Shown piece after piece: positions 37,994 through 51,183 of a stretch of 64,000 nt of DNA. How positions within the stretch are numbered: position 1 is the stretch's first letter; each line of letters opens with the position of its first letter. Origin of the DNA: Anthoceros angustus. Its lineage: Eukaryota > Plantae > Anthocerotophyta. A program made the position numbers and the translations under genes. The stretch spans positions 744,001-808,000 of the forward strand of contig VJWM01000118.1 in assembly GCA_010909165.1 (NCBI GenBank), in the 5' to 3' direction. The notes under the pieces are model-generated. The model worked only from the letters and a program-made list of their open reading frames with translations, had not been told where the DNA came from and made no database searches.

Positions 37994-40900
37994 TCACATC
38001 ATGTGCATAAGCAATCCTGCCGCTTGCACTTGCTTATGCACTTACCGAGCCATCGCTTTCCTTGTATCTCACTTGTGATGGAACAGCTCCACATACGGCC
38101 GGAGGGATTTTAGAATGTCCTCGAGTCTCAACCAGGCATCCACATTGACATCCTCTTCATTCACGGCCACCATGTTAGGCAATTGCTGGTGGTTGGACAA
38201 TGTTTCCCCTACCAATCCGAGCAATGTCATTGGCATGGCTCCTGCCCAGTTTGCAAAGTCCGGTATAGCGTTTCCCAAACCAGCAGCTACATGCAAGCCT
38301 GCCTTGGCTAGAAACACAAGCAAGTTAGCACTCATCACAGAAAGCTTTCGAATCCACTTGTAGTTTTCGGACTGTACAACCAAAGGATAACCAGGTTGTC
38401 CTTGTACAATATGGTTGCCACCTCTCTCCTCACACATGAGATGCAAATGAACCGCCTTGCCAACCTGAATCAAAGCCATAAACCTTTCTCGGAAGGATAC
38501 ATCATCACTACATAAGAAAGGACGACGAGGCATGGTGGAACCATGATACCCTATAATATCATCCATGTTGCATTTCAAAGCCCTCAATGTTTCCCTTTTT
38601 GACTCCATCATCTTCGCTTCAAATGATCTAATCAACTCCACTAACTCCTTTTGATTATTGTCCAGTTTGTCCATCACCTGCGAATGTTGTATATCAAGCT
38701 TTTGCGATATTATAGTAAGATTGTCTAACCAAGTTCTCCTATTTCCCACGGAGAGGTCAGAGTGACTTCGTAAAGGAACTGTTGACACAGTGTGACTTGC
38801 TGCAGCCTTGGAGCTTGTGACCATATGTGACATTGGCACAAGATCTGTTGTCATCTTCAATACACAATCTCTTTGCCGTTCATAAAACTCACTATTCCTT
38901 TGCACTATATCTGCCAAGTATTCCGGATCTACAAATTCCTCCACCTTGTGAGATACCCTGATGCCACTTACTTCATCGCCAATAGGAGGCCAAGAATGCA
39001 TAAAATCCAATATGTTTCTCGTAACAAAATACCCGTCACCACACTGCAAAGTTTGCTCTTCATCTACAAGAAACTTTGTTAAATCCGTCTCAAGGTATGC
39101 TTGGTTCCGTCTTAATGTGCAAGATATCAAACGAGTTACACAGTAAGGGTTGATGAAAGCTTCCGTCAATGCAACTCCTGGACAACCCCTAGGTGAAGCA
39201 CAAAAGTTTCTCAATTCTTCGAGGATATGTTGTCTCATAAATGTATAGGCAAAACCATGACGTTGTGCTGACTTGACAAGTATGTCAACAAAATTGCCAA
39301 TTGCTCCTCCTCCGCTGTATTCTATAAAGATATCCATGCCATTGTAGACTATGGAAATAAGATTGTAGCCGAATATGTATTGATGAGATAACATTCCCAA
39401 GTCCACCTTGGAAAAAAGACGATTTCGCAAGACCACCTTGAGAAAAGAAACAAAGTTAGTGCAACGTTCAAATATAAGTTACCACCTTTGTCAACCTCTT
39501 CACCTCAAAAACTTCCAAGAAAAAAGAAAAACATTTACCTGAAACCTCGGGAAAAAACCCTCAGTTAAGACAGTGCGAACATCTTGACATTGTAAGCGGC
39601 GGCCTACAAACTCATAGGTTACATCATTGTTATGTGTAGTTTGCCATTGTAGAGATCTTTCTGTAGTTGAGCCTGTTTGCCGAGTGATGGTTGTTGGAAT
39701 GAAGAATCCGTCCATTTTCATATCGTTAGGTGCCTTACAACATAACTCCAACTCCAACATAATATTCACCAAGTCTTGAGTCTCAAGTCCGTAGCAGTCC
39801 TTTTGAAAGTCGAAGAGCTAACTCGAGTACCTCTCGTTCTACAAATCCTTCAGTAGCATGCTCTAAGAGTAGATTATGTGGTTGTATGAGATGACCTAGA
39901 AAGTTTTGAGTAATCCAATTAGGATTAATTACTATTATATCTTTATATTTCAACTGGATAATTTTTCCAACATCATGAAGATAGGATGAAATGGCAGATA
40001 TTATGTTCTTTTGGTCATCTGACTGAAACTGATTCAACTCCTTAAGCTGTTGTACACAATAGCTTTCAAATTCCTTTCGCTGCATCAAAGGTTGAAAAGG
40101 ATTTTTTGATACCCATTTTATCAAGACTCTACCCAATTTCTCACATATATCAGGAACCTTCTTAGAGTTGTTACACAGAGTTTTTAAGCTTTTGGATACC
40201 TCATGTGCTACATTTTTGATGTCTTTCATGGAATAGGCCTTGATAATTTTCATTTTTGGAATTACATCTATTAAATCTGAAAACTCATCTCCTAGAAACT
40301 CCATTTTTTTATTTAAAAGACTTTCAATAATTTGTTCTTTTCTTTTAAATTTATCTAAGTACGTAATTATAACCAATAATTTTGGTTTCACTTCACTTCC
40401 CTGCCTGACATTAGATGCAATAAATGTTAGCCAATACTTCAATTCATCCTCAAACCTTCTTTTCAATTCTTTGTTAGCCATAACCTCTCCTAACTCATGG
40501 TTAAAGGGACTAAACACGAACGAAAAAAGACATGCTTGGTGAATATTAGGAAAGAGATAATCATGGAGAATACGAAACTCAGCTTGGCCAGCTAGATCCC
40601 AAATGCTTACTTGCAAATCTTCGTCCGTGTCGAAAATATGTTCGATTTCTATCCCTTTTGTCATCTTCCACGGCAGGTGCGCATTCGTCATGCAAGTTGG
40701 CACTACTCTCCATCTTCGAGAATAGTGGACCATGCATCGACGAATTGTACTTTTCCCTGCAAATAGTTATGAGAGATAATATATTGGATATTTACAAAGA
40801 GCAACTCATGTACAAGTTCTGTAGCAGAAGAATTACCTGCTTGTGGCGGTCCACAAAGAAAGAATCTACCCACTTTTGGCCATACAGATTTGAAGACTTG

Positions 40901-42202
40901 CCAATATAATGCAGGTAAATATGCAACCTGCCGACCATTTCGTCGCGCAGCTTCCTTCAACAGTGCACTTTTTCCTTCCATTTTCCATTCCGCATCATCT
41001 ATTTCGATAGTTACCAAAGATTCATTTGCATTTATACTTCGCATAAGATCTGTAAATATTTTTGGAGTCAACGTTCTATGTCCGCGAATATCGAGAGTTT
41101 GTATGGTTTTATTCCTCCCTAAGGATGTAAAAACTATATCATTGAAGACTTTGCTAAACCATCCTTCCAATCGCAGTTTCTTGAGGGCTCTGGCGTGTTG
41201 TAACTGGAGTCCTGATCCGTCAGCTATCCAGTCAACAGTGCCCTTGATCTCGCAGACTTCCAGCACAGCATTTGTGCGTAGTACCAAATTCAGATCTGCC
41301 ACATTCCTGAGTGACAATTTGAAAATTACGAGCTTAGTGACAGATCTATTGCCCACCGTCACATGTCCCTCAGTGCTGGTTTCTCCCAATCCGGTGCGAA
41401 GGAATTCTCCCATACTCACGAATGACTCAGCTTCCATTCTACCAATTTCCAACTCTTCCAACGTTGTGTTCCTGGCCAGGGCTTCGCCGATTATTCTCGC
41501 ATCTTGCAATGTCCAGAAGATGCCGACAATGCGCAAATCACGCAAGTAGGGGCATATGCCGGGAGCGAGCAGCGCCGCTATTTGTCCAGCCCCCGATACT
41601 CCCAGCACGATGTTCAATGACAGGTCCAGGACGCGGAGCGCGGAGTGGGGGGCAGCGCTCAGTGCGCTCACCAGCTCCCCAAACCCTTTCGCATTCAGGT
41701 GGACCTCTGTCAGTATCAACTCGTGGAGCGTGCGACTGACGCGCAAGAGGCCTCCCAAAGCTTTACATCCAGCCGCTCTGACCATCCCACTACAACCTGC
41801 AACATGCAGCTTGTGTAAGGCGGAGGTGTCGGATATGGATGCCAGCCCCCCCAACAGAGCCTCCACCTCTTCCACTCTCCCATCCCCGCCGATTCCATAC
41901 TCGCCCCGCAACCGGATGGTTTCGAGAGTAGGACAATGGCCGATGGCAGAGAGCACCTGCAGTCGCACTTCCCTACACCTCTTTGTTAGCCCCTGTCCGT
42001 GCCAGGAATACAAGTCGAAGAAGTACCCGAACCTGTTATGGCTTAGGTCGTCTTCAAGAACAGTGCGCAGTGGCGGAGTGTTGGATGAAGAGGCAGAAGC
42101 TGCATCAGCTGGCCATGGGCCGGCGCCCAGCTCGGCCAGAAGCTGCTGCAACGCAACAGGAAGCGGCTCCTCATCCGCATCCTCGAAATTCGAGCCCGCC
42201 AT
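37994..42202 (-). CDS. LRR-ROC-COR (ROCO) GTPase, TORNADO1-like, copy A (indels near 39780 and at the 3' end)
   Basis: RNI-like LRRs. G1 CGPPQAG-KST split by an intron near 40835-40757; G2 TKGIEI; G3 IWDLAGQ; COR VGRRLQC..GFFPRFQ-VVLRNR as in plant TRN1. Confidence 0.85.
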
Positions 42203-43583
42203 GCCAATTCGCTCCACTCGTGACACGGCCCACGGGGCTACCAGATCCGACTCCATACCAGTACCCCCACCTCCGAATTCACACACCACGTTTCCGACGA
42301 GAACCTACAGTACAGGATGCCAAGCCCCTGCGCCCTGGGAACACGAAGCTATCATCAGCACCACTGCCGGGCAACCTGCCCCAGCCACCACTATCAGCAG
42401 CACTGCACCAATTGCAGGCCCACCACTTGCAGCTCATGATCAGCATGCACGCTCCGAGCTTGCCATCACAACAATCACCCTCGCATGCTCAAAGCCATCC
42501 GGATGGGCACAAACATTGGCACTTACCCACCGGCAACTGCAACTGCAACTGCAACTGCAACGCCCATCGCACCCTACGCTCACACACGTCCCCCGGCCGG
42601 ACACTGCCATTCACGCGTGCAGGCACCTGCAGCTCACCAACCCACAAAGCCAGCACTGGCATGATCACAACACCTCGAGCTCATGGCCAGTCACAGGTAC
42701 CTCTGTGGCAACGTATCTATGCGTGCGAGGGCAGAAGAGACTAGTCTACCATCTACCTGCATCATCTGGAGACGCTCTTTCCACCACCACCAAGCCTGCA
42801 TCAGGTGGACAGCCTCGCTACATCTCCGTGCTGCAGCCTACGTCTTGTAGGCCTACACACCACGCGCTTGAGAAGCTTCTGGGGCACTTTCCTGCTCCAA
42901 GCGCTCCCCAACCTCCTTCCTGGCCACGTGCTTTAACAGCTGTTCAGCACCACTGTCTCCAGAGAAAACAATCCTGGTGACAGTCGTGAACGGTTTAAAA
43001 CTAGGATTGGCCCCGGGTCTAGAGCTGTAAAGTGCGCGGCGGACCCACCCCATCCAGCGCATCACCACATTACTCGAACAGGGGAGTCAGGAATGTCCAA
43101 CAGTGTCGGAGCGCACAGTCTCCAAACAGTTTATGGAGCAATTATCATCTAGGAAGCGGAAGAGGGAATGCTGGAACTTTCCTCGGCAAATCACATTATC
43201 AGTGCAGGGATGACTCCACCTGGCTGACATGCCGAGAATGAACAGGAGCATACCAACTGAAGTTCAAACCGGTCCGTTGTGGGTTTCAGGACTTCCATGT
43301 CAGCTAGATCGTCTGCAAGGCCCCCCCAATCTTGATTCACAAGAAGGGGAAAAGGATGCAAGCATGGCAGCCTGATGCATCTTCTCCATGCGACAAAGCA
43401 GGCTCAAGTCCAAGTACCAGTAACACAATCACTGACCCTCACTAATATCACAATCCACAATATCTGCAATCCAAGCCCGTGCACTGGCTGTAGAACCGTC
43501 TGAGCAGTCGATGAAATCCAGTGTGACAAGATTCAGCACGCTCTCACTTTGCCACCTACCATCGGCATGAGATGTCGCTTTGC
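38060..43583. repeat. Segmental duplication unit, paired with ~53600-59198
   Basis: The ROCO gene, its upstream region with the (GCAACT)n tract and the ABC1K remnant are colinear. Similarity ends at 43583/59198. Confidence 0.9.
42533..42561. repeat. (GCAACT)n microsatellite upstream of ROCO A
   Basis: 4 full units here and 5 in the paralog at 58149-58183. Confidence 0.9.
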
Positions 43584-43990
43584 TTCATTCTGATCCTCAA
43601 CAATAGCCAGCTGACCACTCGACGATGCCCCTCTGCAATTAGTTGCATGTCCCCAGGTCGATCACCTTGCACCCATTCCATAGTCAGGACCCTCTTGGTA
43701 GTCATAGCAGGCAGGGGTACGAGGAACCACCATGTACTTCAAGTGAGCACGTGCTTCCTACAAGGGAAAGCCACCAATTGTGATCCCATCAACCAGAGTC
43801 CAAGGAATAAAGCTGCCAGAAGGATGGCTACATGTTACGACAGCTCTGGAGCAACTGCTGCTTGGACAATCCAAAACTTCATGACAAAACGGTTCGATCC
43901 ATACTCAAAATTCTTCCACATTTGTGGCCTCCACGTTGTAGTCAAGCTCCCATGCAGACCCCGTCCAAGCTCATCAGCCAGACCTAACCC
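42950..43990 (-). pseudogene. ABC1/UbiB atypical kinase gene remnant
   Basis: LADELGRGLH(G)ELDYNVEATNVEEF, TTKRVLTMEWVQGDRP and LLCRMEKMHQAAML..LADDLADMEVL are ABC1K motifs; indels present; no intact HADPHPGN exon found. Confidence 0.7.
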
Positions 43991-44148
43991 TGCCGCAACA
44001 AAACCACCGCCAATTCAACAAACACGACGAACACCAAAATCATCTTACAAAACAGAACAACAAAGCCGCACGCATCATCCTTTCAGAACAAAGCCAGTCT
44101 CGGCAAGTAAACCCTGCCGGTAAGTAAACCCTTCCTAACGCTGCCGAC

Positions 44149-44316
44149 CTTAGTATCACAGCACGTCTTGGTGGCAGTGAATTTCACATCAATCGGCAAG
44201 AAGGCTAATGGAACTGCTGGTGGCACCACAAACTCCATGGTCCCATTCCGATTGGTATTATCAATTAAGGTGATGGACCATTCCAGGTCCAGGACGGACT
44301 TTGGTGCATCATACGT
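44149..44316 (-). pseudogene. Coatomer delta subunit (delta-COP) mu-homology exon fragment
   Basis: TYDAPKSVLDLEWSITLIDNTNRNGTMEFVVPPAVPLAFLPIDVKFTATKT, followed by a GT donor. Confidence 0.75.
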
Positions 44317-44334
44317 TGGTCAATGACGTCAATT

Positions 44335-47300
44335 GTTGGTCAATGACGTTGTGCGCGAACGTTGATTTGTTCTTACCACATCCCTGCCGCGGATCATACA
44401 AGACCATCTTCGACACATCGGGTCTTGCCAGATTGAGTGTCGGTGCCGGTGTCTGTGATTCACTTGCTCCAGTGGAGCCATTCACACCTTTCTCTGATGG
44501 AAAGGAAACGGAAGATGAGGAAAGGAAAAGAACGAAAACATCGGCTCCACAGGGAAAAAGGACGTAGAAAGGGACCGCTTCAAACCAACCTGCTTGCGCA
44601 CTGGTTGCACCTGGTTTTTCCATCTTCTGTAATGCTTTCTGAGCCATTAGCTACAGCAAACAACTCGATTATGTTACTGGCAGAACGATATCTACAGCCC
44701 ACATTCAAGCAACTCCAATGACTTTTGTAGGCAAGTCACGCATGGAAAGGGGAGAAAGGACCTGTTGACGAGTCAAGTGATCGAGATCAGATGTAGAACA
44801 GGGCCACAGATCCCGAAACCGATACCGTGAGATCAGCTGCTGTAAGGCTCCCTCTGAGGTCTCTTCCCCAATTGAAGCTAGCGCTTCCCTTTTTCTTTGT
44901 TCGACCTGACCGAGGAACACAAGCCTCTTGAGTTCAGCAATCAAACTGCTTTGTTGTGTCAGCGGGCAACATGAGAATGCATGGAAGAGAGTGTGCAGTG
45001 TGGTTAGTGTGCTTTTGTACCTTCAGTATGCTTTGCAGATCCTCGTATTTCACTTCAAGTTCCAAGTACGTATTCCACACCTGTCATTCTAAAATCTCAG
45101 CCATTTTCCTTGCACAACCGAGACAGAGCTCCTCACGCAGCTGTTCATCCAATGCTGAGAGGCAACAATACATACCTCGAGAGACTCGTCTGGTGGTAAG
45201 ACGCTCAAAGCTCGCTCAAACAGTACCCGAACGTTCTTGTCGTCGTTCATGCGGTCTAGGAAATCAGCATATCTGTTGAACAAAGGGACCCAAGTCCACT
45301 CAATAACTATGGGGCTTGTACCCAAATTTACAAAGTGCACACTAGCAGTGACATATTGCAGACTCTCAGACATTCAACCACTTGCATTCGACAGCACAGA
45401 TTCAGTAACGAGAACATGAAACTTACTCAAGGACATAAGCAGGCTCATGGATGTACTTCTTAAGCCCCAACTCAAAGATATTTCGAGCTACCTGCAGACC
45501 ACCAACTTAAGCTATTTCTGTCAAGTGCAACCTGTCCACATAATCCTAACAGTGCAAGAGTAGTAAGACATAAACGTCCATAGAGCGAGAAGAGTATAAA
45601 CCTTGGGATCTTTATCCACACAGAGCTCCATGATTGCAGAAGCCACATACACTTGATATGTACAAGCAGGGGCCTTGCGTGCTTGTAAGAACACCTTCCT
45701 TGCTTCATCGATGCCTTCAGTTCTCCGCACAAACCGCATAAACTGATTGTTTCATGAACAACTCTATAGTGAACACACAATCTTATACTGAGTCACACTG
45801 AATGTCATCGAGTGTAGGATCCCTGCTTAGGATAGCTAATCAGGTCACGACCAACAGCTCCAACGTAAGACACACACCTGGATGTAGGAAAGTGCATCGG
45901 AGCTGCTGGTATTCTTGAGAAGGCTTTCATACACCTTCTTTGCTTCCTATACAACAAACCCAACAACTTGCATAAATAGACACACTTGCCAAACAGCTTA
46001 AGAGATGGTAGGCTCCGCCACATACCTTATAATTGCCACGACCTTCTTCAAACTCAGCGCTTGCATAATGAAGAACTGCAGAATCTGTAACATCGTGATG
46101 AGAGAACAGCAACACGAAAGTTTAGGGATCATATCCAAGTCCATCACAAATACTGGAGCACTTGAAACAGGAGCTTGCCTGGCAAAGCTTTCAGAGCCCG
46201 CTGAAAGATGGCTGCAGACTGTTCTGGCAACCCGTTCTGAGCATGCAAAGTTGCAAAATCGAACAACACATCTGGAAAGTGGTACAAGGACATAAGGGAC
46301 TGCAACAGATACGCAAAGGTATCAGCAACACCACAAAAACAAAGATCTCAAAGTCACTGGATGACTAGACAACACACTTGCTCATAAGTGAAGGCTACCC
46401 TTTTGGTGAGTGCCGCAGGATCTAATCGCTAAGGGTTCCCCCTGCATTTGAAATTGATCAGTATGAAGGGTCCCCTCACAGCCAAATTCCTGACGCCCTC
46501 AATTTCCAACAGGTAGCGCAGCACATGATCACCAGCAGAGAACAGGTTCGGCACTTAGCTGGACTTACTTCTCAAACTGCAGCAACTGCCTCCAAGCAAT
46601 ACATTGTTGTTCCTCCTGCAGGTTTCCAAACGGATTGCTATGAACAAGTCACTTGACATCCGTGTCTAGAGCTACAGAGCTACCAATTGGTAGGACAGTT
46701 ATGAAAATATTCTCCTAGGCTGCTTTGCAGCGTGGAGGCTACACCCTGCACACAAGAATACTCTGTCTTACCGTGCACAAGTATTTAGGCACAGCTAAGC
46801 TGACTCCAGGAACAAACCAAACTACAAGCATTGAATGGAATATAAGTGACAAGATGGCCTCGTCAAATAACTTGCTGGGTTTTGAACATTGCACCAGCTG
46901 AATGAAGCAGAAAGGAAACACACTCAAGTGCTGCAAGAATCTTGCATAGTTAGGGAAGTGAACTTGCTTTGGAGGAACCAGTTGGAGGCACTGGCAACAT
47001 GCTTTGATCAATGCGCTCGCAATACTTCTTGCGCTCCCTATAGACAGCCCTCGCACTGAAATGCTTAGGTTGATATTCAGTAAAAGACCTTTAGCCTGCA
47101 TAGACAGTGCATGCCTCTCAGATATGTCTCTGATACGAACGAGAACTGGAAATACATATGCACATTTGGAAGAGCGAGCATCACGAGATGGCATTGGACA
47201 AATCAATCTGGCAACAGAGCTTGCGAAGCAGATGAAAGAATCCCAGACAAAGTTGTGTCCACCAATCAAAGGCCATTCACAGTGTGGGCACCAATCCAAC

Positions 47301-49210
47301 CCATACACCAGCTTCACGTACAAAACAGGCAAGCTGCACTTCCATGGTTGGGGAGCATGTGAAAAATCCATAACTCAGACGAAGAGACAAATGCAAACAA
47401 ATCATTTGGGCCCCAACACCAAAGGCAACAACTGCGATATGGAAACTGTAGCTTTTATTGAAGAAGCTCAGACTACAAATTTCAGGATCTTCACTGTTTA
47501 ACAGTGAAGTAAAAGAGAAAGCAGCCAACCAGGGCACGACTGACAGAATTTTCAAATGATTCATAATCCTTCCACAACTGCTCCACGAGGTGGACGGGGG
47601 CTAATACAGCCCGCTGGTAGGCCTTGCGCACTGAAGTCATCCGCTGTGACTCCTCATCGGATGTGGATGCCTGTGGGATCCAATATCATGAGAATTCCAG
47701 ACAAACAAACCAGCACATTCACATACTATGAGTAGGTCCAGTAGGTGGAGCTCAGACACGCAATAGAACAGCACATCAACGTACCACTGCTCCCTTCAGA
47801 AATATAATGTACTCTTGCCAAACAGAACCTGCTGAGATGTCGAAACCTGCAAGTCCAAGTCCCAAAAGACACAGCCGTGCCATCATGCACCCACCCTAAG
47901 GCTGATTGCAACTCCTCCACAACACCACATAATCTATAATTGCATACACTGCCCGAGGAAAACTCAAAGCAAAGCAGCACTTACCAACGTGATTCAACAT
48001 AAACTCATACGCCTTTTTCATCTCCTCCCTCCCCTCAGGACCTCTACTTTCATTCACCTTCCGAACCGAATGTAAGACTTCCTGCACACCGGCTGGGCCT
48101 ATGAGCAACCGAAAGCAGATCAACAAAAGCAACCCAGCCGCGTGCAGGAGTGGCCACACGCACCAAAGATCCACATTTAAGCAATTGAGCAAACATCGAC
48201 TGAAGATTTGCTTGACAGCATCATCATTGTTGGCACCCATTTGCAACTCCACATACTTCTTCCAGTAAACGGCCTGCACCCCAAGATCGTCAATTCATCA
48301 ACATAATGCTAATCAACCGACATATGTAATCAGCTGCACATGGTCACTCAGCTCCCTCCTTTCCCACTGAACACAAAAACTCCCCCCAACACCCTACCAC
48401 CACAATCTTCACAACAACGATTCCACACCAAAGCCCCACACAGCCTCGTGAGAACCTCACCGAAGTTGGGAAGTTGGCAATAATAGCCTCATAAATAGGG
48501 ATGGCATCAGCCACAGACCTCGACTGCCAAACACAAAACAACCCATTACACCTTTTCTTGAACCAAACTGCAGCAAAAGCACCACCTTTGCACAATCCCC
48601 ACCCCAAAACCTCACCTGGGCCTCGTTCCCAAGCAGCACCCCAAGCCTCCACGTCATACTGATCAAGCTCGATCCTCTCTGAGCACGCCGCTCCTGAAAT
48701 CCCCACGAACCAAAAACCCTCAATCACAAGACCGGAAAAAAACCCACCAAGCCCCCGGCACCACCACACCCTCACCTTCTCCGTCAGAGGAGGACCCAGC
48801 TGCGGAGGCGGCTTCACAACGGGCACCAAAGCTGGGGCCGCCTCCGGCCTCCCCCTGTCCCCAGATTCAGGCCTCCCGAGCCCAGCATTCTCAGGTACCC
48901 TGCGCGCAGCATCCTGGATCCCAGCTGCGGACACGCTCTCCTCCTGCTTCACTTCCTCCTTCACCACCACCCCGGAATTCCCCCCGGCACCAGTGCTGGG
49001 CACCGCAGTGCTGGCAGCCTCCTCCCCCGCCTCCACCATGTTGCCATCGTTTGCAACAGCCTTGTCTGCGGGCTCCGCGGCCATGGCAGGCAAGCTGGCC
49101 TCATTCTCAGTCTTCACCACCACGAGCTCCAGCCCGAAGCTCACGGCCGGCCCCTCCTCCGCTGCGCTCATGCTGCCGGGCTTCCAACCTTCGCTCTCCT
49201 CATGCTGCAT
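44335..49210 (-). pseudogene. CSTF77: CstF77 copy 3, 3'-truncated (HAT repeats kept, last exons lost)
   Basis: Colinear with 24285-29118; breaks in the intron after the PDVSKMVLYDPRQGC exon. Confidence 0.88.
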
Positions 49211-50961
49211 GGTTCTTTCCAGTCATCTTCGGGGGACGTGAAAATGCAAATCCACAGCCGGCTCCGCGTCATTCTGCTGCACCGCGGCTTCGGGGCGAGC
49301 GGCAGCAAGCCGGACCAAAAGGGCGATGGCCTTGGGTTGATTCTTCAATGACATCAATGTTGAATGGGAAACACTTTTTTTTTTTGATGAAATTCTCATC
49401 CACCATGTCTGCATGTCAAGCAGCCACATCGGCCTACTACATCGCCGCCCAGGCAGATGGGCATCCGAATGGGTGATGTTTAGTGCCCAGTATTTGTGTC
49501 ATGATTGCATAAGGATTTCAGTCTAAATCTAATTTTTAAAATATAGACAGAAGAAATATACTTGGAACATACTTAGATATTGGTAGAGACGCGGACCAAA
49601 AAGTGTATTCAAAGCTGTACCCACACTTATGTAAGCTGGGCCCATGGCTAAGTAGTGGGCAATATAATGTGTGTGTGTGGTGCTGGAGCTTTGGTAGAAG
49701 TACAGCCGACATAGCTTTTACTATGTCTAAAAGTTTGAGCAGATTGGAACTATAAAGCTTTTATTATGTCTAGAAGTTTGAGTTCCCAAATTGTCAAAAA
49801 TTGTAATCACAGGCCTTTTCAAAGATAGGGCAGTTGCCTTTCTGCCTCTAATTGTTTTCCTTGTGCATGGTGTGATGATGATGGCTGGTTAACACCTGGG
49901 CTTAGAAGCCTATCCCTCCCTTTGTTTTCCAAGTTTTTGTGTAGAGTTTTTGAGAGTGCCCACTTTGCATTACTTCATAGTCATATCATGCAACAGAGTC
50001 TGCTCATTTACATCTCATGTATCTCCTCAGTTGACCCCTTGTTACAGATGAAAAGACTAACTCTGCCCAGGCCTGTTTTTTCCCTCACCGAGCTAAAGAC
50101 CATGAACGTTGTGCTTTAGACTGTTGCCACTAACCAAACTGCTCTGTGTCCAGGCTGGGGACTATCACAGTTCTTTGATAGTTGCAGGCAACTAAGTTCC
50201 TCCATTGCCCTGTTCTCATAGGTCTTTGTGTGCTACTGAGCCCATACCCGAAGAGACATACTCCTTCCATTAAACTATTTCCCACTTAACAATACCTACC
50301 TAGATAAGTAGTAAAGGAGTTATAGAATATATTTATGCAACTAGATACGTAACTAGGTAATATGGCTATAGAATTATTTTATATCTATCATCTCAATAAG
50401 TAACTTTGGTATTATCAATAGTATTTCTATAAGCACATTTTTCAAGACAAATGCTTTGAAGGTCTCATAAGAGAGCATTGTACATTGTACAAATATGAGG
50501 TTGTAGCCTTGCAAAGAAGCTATATGTACCTGCATGTAAAAAGAATGGAAAATAGCATGAAAATCAATAGATAATTGATTCCGTGTTCATTATTTTGCTT
50601 CATAGTATTTGCTTCTTTTAATTGGTTTTGGAGAATTAAACATGCTTTTCAAAGTCAAAGTGTATGCCTCTGTTTGCGAAGCGATTTCTACCATCCATGG
50701 CCCATCCTAGTATGAAAAATTAGAAAAGAGAAGTTCATGCTACAAGGAAACTCATGATCATATGAGATTAGAAACTCCTTAAAGACCACATAGAAACCTG
50801 TGTGGGTATGAAAATAAGTTGTTTTTTAATGTAGGACCTTGAATAAATTATAGATATAAATGATGCATGATGAACAACATCTATGTACGAGGAGGTACAT
50901 CGGCAAGTCCTTGGCAAATAGCCACACACACTTGTAATAAGACAAGGTTACAGGAAAGGCC

Positions 50962-51183
50962 AAGAAGAAGAAGAACAACAAGAATTTTATTTAAGTCCAC
51001 TAAGGACGAATTTCCGTCATGGGACTTGATACTTAACAACTTGTACCATGGTGTGCCTAAGCTACTTGCACCAAGGGCATCCACTCCCTTTAACCACCCC
51101 ATCTAAGTGCCGATCTAAGCGTAGGATGCTTAATCACGAAGTTCTTATAAATGTGTGTCTATTTGGCCTAAGCCATTAGAACA
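50962..51183 (-). mobile_element. SINE-like element, copy 4 (paralog of copy 3)
   Basis: Same element at the position equivalent to 31221-31436. Confidence 0.7.

Noticed and set aside
41556-42980. 474-aa plus-strand ORF and similar ORFs at 56910-58488
   Set aside because: Antisense to the GC-rich ROCO exon; low-complexity translation with no motifs.
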